Shown here: piece after piece, positions 60,073 to 64,000 of the stretch
Layout of the letters: every line of letters starts with the position of its first letter
How positions within the stretch are numbered: position 1 is the stretch's first letter
Assembly: GCA_963708625.1 (NCBI GenBank)
Contig: CAVPSV010000004.1
Span: 321,960 to 385,959 of the forward strand
DNA length: 64,000 nt
DNA from: an uncultured Actinomycetota bacterium
GTDB lineage: Bacteria > Actinomycetota > Actinomycetes > Mycobacteriales > Jatrophihabitantaceae
Direction: 5' to 3'
Made by a program: the position numbers and the translations under genes
Notes under the pieces: model-generated
The model's database searches: none
Told to the model about the DNA's origin: nothing
The model's input: only the letters and a program-made list of their open reading frames with translations

Positions 60073-61247
60073 CGCGCACCGGCAGATTCCGGGTAAGGAA
60101 CGATGATCTCCACCTCGGTACCCTCGCCAGGTACCGAGCTGAATCGGACACGACCGCCTAGTTCGGCGACTCGTCCGCAGATCGAATTCGCTACTCCTAG
60201 ACGCCCCTCGGCGAGTGCATCATCGATGCGCCCTGCGGCCATTCCGACCCCGTCGTCGCGCACCGTCACGGCAAACTCGACGCCGAGATCTTCGAGGAAC
60301 ACCCACGCACGGGCTGAATCACCGGCGTGCTGTTCGACGTTGCGTAGCGCTGCCTGAACCGCGCTGAGGACTTCGCTGGATTCGTGTGACGGCAGGTGGA
60401 TCGACGTTCCAGCCACCGACACGACGACACGGGAGGACCGAAGTGTCGCCAGTTCCGCCGCGAGATTGCGCAAGCCCGTTGGCGCGGCGACGATGGCCTG
60501 ACTCGTGATCAGCGCACGCAGGGCAGCTTCTTGTGCGGCGGCATCCCGCGCCAATTCGGCCCACTCGCCACCCGCCGCGATTCCGCGGCGATGAACGAGT
60601 CCGAGGGTTTGCAATACCCCGTCGTGAATCGACCGCGATAGCCGTTCGCGCTCGGCCAGCTTGGCGGTCTCGGCCGCGATGTGGCTACGTTCCTGCTCTA
60701 CGCGCACCGTGACCGTGGCAAGGTAGCCGCCGATGACGCCGACGATGATGACCAACAGGCCGTTCAGTAACGTCCGGCCGTCATATCCATCGCGAACGAC
60801 GACGTTCGCGATGAACTGAAGGACACCGGCAGCTCCGCCGGCCGCGGCGCCAAGGACCAATCCCATTTCTATCGCCGGGCCGGCCGCCCAGATAGAGGTC
60901 AGTGTGGGCATGCCGCCGTGAAGCTGACTAGGACGTTGCGCCAGCCTTGTGAGCAGAGTCAGGACGATGCAGATCAGGACGTCCGCCGATACCAAGATCA
61001 GCCGGTTCGCCCGGCCCTGTGCGACAACCACGGCCACGGCCGCGGTCACGGCCACCATCGCTGCGCCGACGCCGAAGGCCACCGCGGGCTTGGCATAAAG
61101 ATCGTGCCACCGCATGATGAGGTACAGGCTGAGCAACAGGGCGGCGACCCGGAATCCGACCGCGGCTCGCCACAGCGTCAGCAGAACGCCGGTGACTGGC
61201 GCCGGTGGCGAGGCCATGATCCGCACGCTAGTCGGGCACCGGCGCAT
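60069..61247 (-). CDS. sensor histidine kinase (HisKA_3 + HATPase_c), partner of the adjacent response regulator
   Basis: 4-5 N-terminal TM helices. H-box ERERLSRSIHDGVLQTL. ATPase blocks (...VRDDGVGM...GRLGVANSICGRV...). ATGA overlap with the regulator gene. Confidence 0.75.
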   Translation of the reverse strand: MRRCPTSVRIMASPPAPVTGVLLTLWRAAVGFRVAALLLSLYLIMRWHDLYAKPAVAFGVGAAMVAVTAAVAVVVAQGRANRLILVSADVLICIVLTLLTRLAQRPSQLHGGMPTLTSIWAAGPAIEMGLVLGAAAGGAAGVLQFIANVVVRDGYDGRTLLNGLLVIIVGVIGGYLATVTVRVEQERSHIAAETAKLAERERLSRSIHDGVLQTLGLVHRRGIAAGGEWAELARDAAAQEAALRALITSQAIVAAPTGLRNLAAELATLRSSRVVVSVAGTSIHLPSHESSEVLSAVQAALRNVEQHAGDSARAWVFLEDLGVEFAVTVRDDGVGMAAGRIDDALAEGRLGVANSICGRVAELGGRVRFSSVPGEGTEVEIIVPYPESAGAR

Positions 61248-61573
61248 TCGCGATGAGGGAGTGAAGGCCCTTCGGGGAGATCCATGTCAATCGGCCGCTC
61301 ACCAGAAGCGCGGCTGTCCGGGGATCGACGCCAGGTCGTTGAGCAGCAGGGTGCGTTCCTCGTCCTCCTGAATGTCTTCGGCCGCGGTCAGCGCCTGCTC
61401 GGTGTATGCACGGGGGCCGTCGCGATCACCGCCGACCGCCCTGGCCCGTGCCAGAGCTTCGAACGCGAACGCTCGGTCCCAATCAGGCCGCTGCGCCGCA
61501 CGGCAACGCGGTTGCGATATCTGCGTCCCACGCGGTCGATTGGCCCACGCCTCGCGCGCGGGGTCAACCGCGA

Positions 61574-63049
61574 TCAGACGAGTGCCGGGTCGCGTCCGTT
61601 TGTCGCCGGTGTGCATCGGGGGGCGATGACGTCGAGCGAACTGACGGCGGCCGAACTGGCGTAGTCCGAACTGACATCCACGGCAGCGACGTCGGCCGCA
61701 ACAATGTCCGCGGCAGTGACGTCGGCACGGATGACGTCGGCGGTGGTGTCGTGGGCGTGGTTGCGTTGTGGTGTGTGGGTGGGGTCGAGCCAGCTGGGCG
61801 CGGTCCAGTGCGGTATTCCGTCGAGCATGGCGCAGCTCCAGCCGAGGGTGGGGTGTTCGCGGTGGTGGTAGCCGCAGAGCAGGGTGCCGTTGTCGATGGT
61901 GGTTGGTCCGCCGTCTGCCCAGTCGATGATGTGGTGGGCCTGGCACCAGGCGGGTGGCGCGGTGCAGCCGGGGAAGCTGCAGCCTTGGTCGCGGCTGATC
62001 ATGGCTAGGCGTTGGCCAGGGGTGAATAGGCGTTGGGTGTGGCCGTAGGCCTCGATGCGTTTGGTGCGTGCGAGTAGGACCGGGATCAGCTGCGCGTCGC
62101 CGGCCAGCCGCAGTGCTTCGGAGGTCGGGATCAGCGCGCCGTGCCCGGTCGTGGCGACGCCGCGGCCGCGCCTGAGGTCCTCGTCGGTGATGGTGAGCAG
62201 GATGGTGGTGGTGATTCCGCCGCACGCGGGCAATTCGTCGCTGCGCAGCAGGGTGAGCATGGCGTCGTGCAGGCCGTCGTGGCGTCGCTGTGCGGCGGTG
62301 CGCGAATCTGGCTGAGGAACGCCGCTCGCACCGTCGCCGTCGCCGGGGCGCGCGGGTTTGGGCCGGGCGAGTGTGTCGAGCACGGTGAGCAGTGCTTCCG
62401 CGCACAGCGGCGCCAGTTCCGCCTCCAGGTGTGCCGAGCCGTCCGGGCGCTGGGTGAGGGTCAGGTGCCGGCGGCGTTTGCGGTCCTCGATCTCGGTGAG
62501 GGTGCCGTCCGGATCGAGGGTGTCGCTGATGCGCCGGGCCAGCAGCGCCAGCTGCGCCGGGTTGCACCGCCGCGCTTCCGACACCAGGAACGTCTCGACC
62601 GAACGATCGTGCTCAGCCTGCACCGCACACGGCAATGCATCGACGGTGCGGACGATCACCGTGGCGTGCCGACCGGAAATCTCGCCCGCCGACATCGCCT
62701 GCGCCACCGTGGGGAACACCGGCTCACGCGGCTGCCCCGTCAACGCCCGCCGCGGGCCGAGGTTGGCCGCCGCGCGAATACGCGAGGCCGCGTCGCGGGG
62801 ATGCAGCCGCAACACCTGCGTCAACAGGGCAGCGGTCGATGCACAGGCGCGTTGACCCGCCAACCCCCGTGCGTGCACTTCCGCAACAATCGCAGCGTCG
62901 AGCGCCGCCAACCGGGCCTTCGCCGCTTCCATATCGCGCAACATGTCCAGCAGCGCGTCATCGCCGGCCGTGCCCAGGGACAACCCAGCCAGCACATCGA
63001 CCGCAACGCGCAGCCCAGCGCCGGGCACGCGCCGGCGGAGCCGCACCAT
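61574..63049 (-). CDS. DUF222 + HNH endonuclease domain protein (REP13E12-family-like)
   Basis: C-terminal HNH: CSFPGCTAPPAWCQAHHIIDWADGGPTTIDNGTLLCGYHHREH. N-terminal DUF222-like region. Confidence 0.75.
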   Translation of the reverse strand: MVRLRRRVPGAGLRVAVDVLAGLSLGTAGDDALLDMLRDMEAAKARLAALDAAIVAEVHARGLAGQRACASTAALLTQVLRLHPRDAASRIRAAANLGPRRALTGQPREPVFPTVAQAMSAGEISGRHATVIVRTVDALPCAVQAEHDRSVETFLVSEARRCNPAQLALLARRISDTLDPDGTLTEIEDRKRRRHLTLTQRPDGSAHLEAELAPLCAEALLTVLDTLARPKPARPGDGDGASGVPQPDSRTAAQRRHDGLHDAMLTLLRSDELPACGGITTTILLTITDEDLRRGRGVATTGHGALIPTSEALRLAGDAQLIPVLLARTKRIEAYGHTQRLFTPGQRLAMISRDQGCSFPGCTAPPAWCQAHHIIDWADGGPTTIDNGTLLCGYHHREHPTLGWSCAMLDGIPHWTAPSWLDPTHTPQRNHAHDTTADVIRADVTAADIVAADVAAVDVSSDYASSAAVSSLDVIAPRCTPATNGRDPALV

Positions 63050-63221
63050 TCAGGTCCTGATCGAACATACGTACTAATATATCATACGAATCCACGACGG
63101 CGATAGCCGAGGAGTTCCTGCGGGCGTTGCCGCACGTCTGCCCGAGGACGCCGAGGAGGTCCGGGAGCGGACCCGGGCACCCGGCCGGAGAAAGTTCGCG
63201 CTGCGCGGGCCGTCCCGGGCA

Positions 63222-63968
63222 TCAGCGGGATTGGGGATGCAGAGACTCGGAACGAGCCCGGGCGGATGCCGCGCCGAGGGCGGTGAGCAACTGCTGGGCT
63301 TCCTCGGCGTCGCGGTCGCTGGCCTTGGCATGCCATCCGCGCCCGGCAACGTCGACGTGCACGGTGGCCAACCGGAGCAGGCGCTGAACCGGGCCCTGCG
63401 ACCACCGCACGCTCTGCACCTTGTGCAGTGGGATCAACACAGTGCGTCGTTGCAGGCGACCGGTCGTGGCGGCAACGTGGGTGTCACTGTGCCAAACGCC
63501 AAGGGATCGATAGGACAACGGAGCTTTGATCATGGCTCGTCGAGGTGGGCGAGTTAGGGCGGGGGTTGCCGTGGCCGACGGCAGCACCCACGTCACCACC
63601 AACGCGATGTCAGCCGCGTACCCGACCGGCACCAAAGCGCGGCTCAACAGTGAGCTGTCAGACTCCGAACCACGGCGGCCCGATCGCCGTTGTCGCGCCA
63701 CATCGACCTCAACGCGGAACCACCCGAGAGTTCGCCACAACAGCGGTTGACTCCACCGCACGGCCTGCACGCGTCCCGGCGGGATGGTCTGGGCTCGCGT
63801 CTGCACCAAGCCCGCATGCAGCCGTAGTCCGTCGCCGGCCTGCCCGACTCGAAACCCGTACTCGGCGACGATCCGCCGGACCACGGTCGTCAGCAGCACG
63901 ATCGCTGTCGGAATCAGCGTTGCGCCCAGAGCCCCCGCAGCGTGTCCTGAACCAATCGCTGCCGTCAC
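63222..63968 (-). CDS. bacterial PH-domain (DUF304/YdbT-like) membrane protein, possibly continuing beyond the window
   Basis: Two bPH_2-like modules (...RVQAVRWSQPLLWRTLGWFRVEVDVA... / ...KVQSVRWSQGPVQRLLRLATVHVDVAG). Confidence 0.45.
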   Translation of the reverse strand: MTAAIGSGHAAGALGATLIPTAIVLLTTVVRRIVAEYGFRVGQAGDGLRLHAGLVQTRAQTIPPGRVQAVRWSQPLLWRTLGWFRVEVDVARQRRSGRRGSESDSSLLSRALVPVGYAADIALVVTWVLPSATATPALTRPPRRAMIKAPLSYRSLGVWHSDTHVAATTGRLQRRTVLIPLHKVQSVRWSQGPVQRLLRLATVHVDVAGRGWHAKASDRDAEEAQQLLTALGAASARARSESLHPQSR

Positions 63969-64000
63969 CCCGAACGCAACGCCGACGATTGCGATAAGGC

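Noticed and set aside
61299-62567. 422-aa minus-strand ORF extremely rich in Pro/Arg/His/Thr overlapping the HNH gene
   Set aside because: Alternate-frame translation of the HNH gene region. Its composition (PRRPR..., HHHPAHHHRR) is characteristic of a GC-rich wrong frame, whereas the 61574-63049 frame carries clear DUF222 and HNH motifs.
1-64000. tRNA, rRNA, CRISPR arrays, IS elements/transposases, integrases
   Set aside because: Inspected intergenic regions (e.g. 30500-30660, 34380-34480, 35615-35760, 48870-49046, 57365-57570, 63050-63220). No cloverleaf-like tRNA candidates, no regularly spaced direct repeats, and no transposase/integrase-like ORFs were seen.

Overview
High-GC (~70%) actinobacterial chromosome segment with Mycobacteriales-like hallmarks (MmpL, a REP13E12-type DUF222/HNH gene, a UdgX-like UDG, WS/DGAT, lipobox lipoproteins). 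Positions ~2.0-18.4 kb hold a complete group 1h/5 (Hhy-type, high-affinity) [NiFe]-hydrogenase locus. It comprises hypB-hypA, then divergent hhyS-hhyL, a NifU-like gene, several conserved accessory ORFs, hupD, hypC, an XRE regulator, hypD, a second hypC, hypE, a SIS protein, a HypC-domain protein and hypF. Most of these genes are broken by single-nucleotide frameshifts, whereas the following ~19 kb of unrelated genes reads cleanly. The remainder encodes a class III adenylate cyclase fused to a beta-propeller and SBP5 domain and translationally coupled to a Crp-like regulator. It also encodes WS/DGAT, an orphan ~850-aa FtsX permease, a CatB/Vat-type acetyltransferase, a MazEF pair, NfeD-flotillin, a hemerythrin, HAD and a UdgX-like (KRRIH) UDG. 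There is a candidate small-molecule biosynthetic operon (DUF2231-Rieske / ACAD-like / PIG-L deacetylase / SAM-MTase / GCS2 ligase, plus GT2 and a PlsC-like acyltransferase), followed by patatin, DJ-1 and PLD genes. Further on are an RsbW/STAS partner-switching pair flanking an ANTAR protein, DeoR-MFS, and a TetR / perfect-palindrome operator / MmpL / methyltransferase-aminotransferase fusion. The window ends with an SGNH lipase, a NarL-type two-component system, a REP13E12-like HNH gene and a partial PH-domain membrane protein. No rRNA, tRNA, CRISPR array or IS element was recognised.
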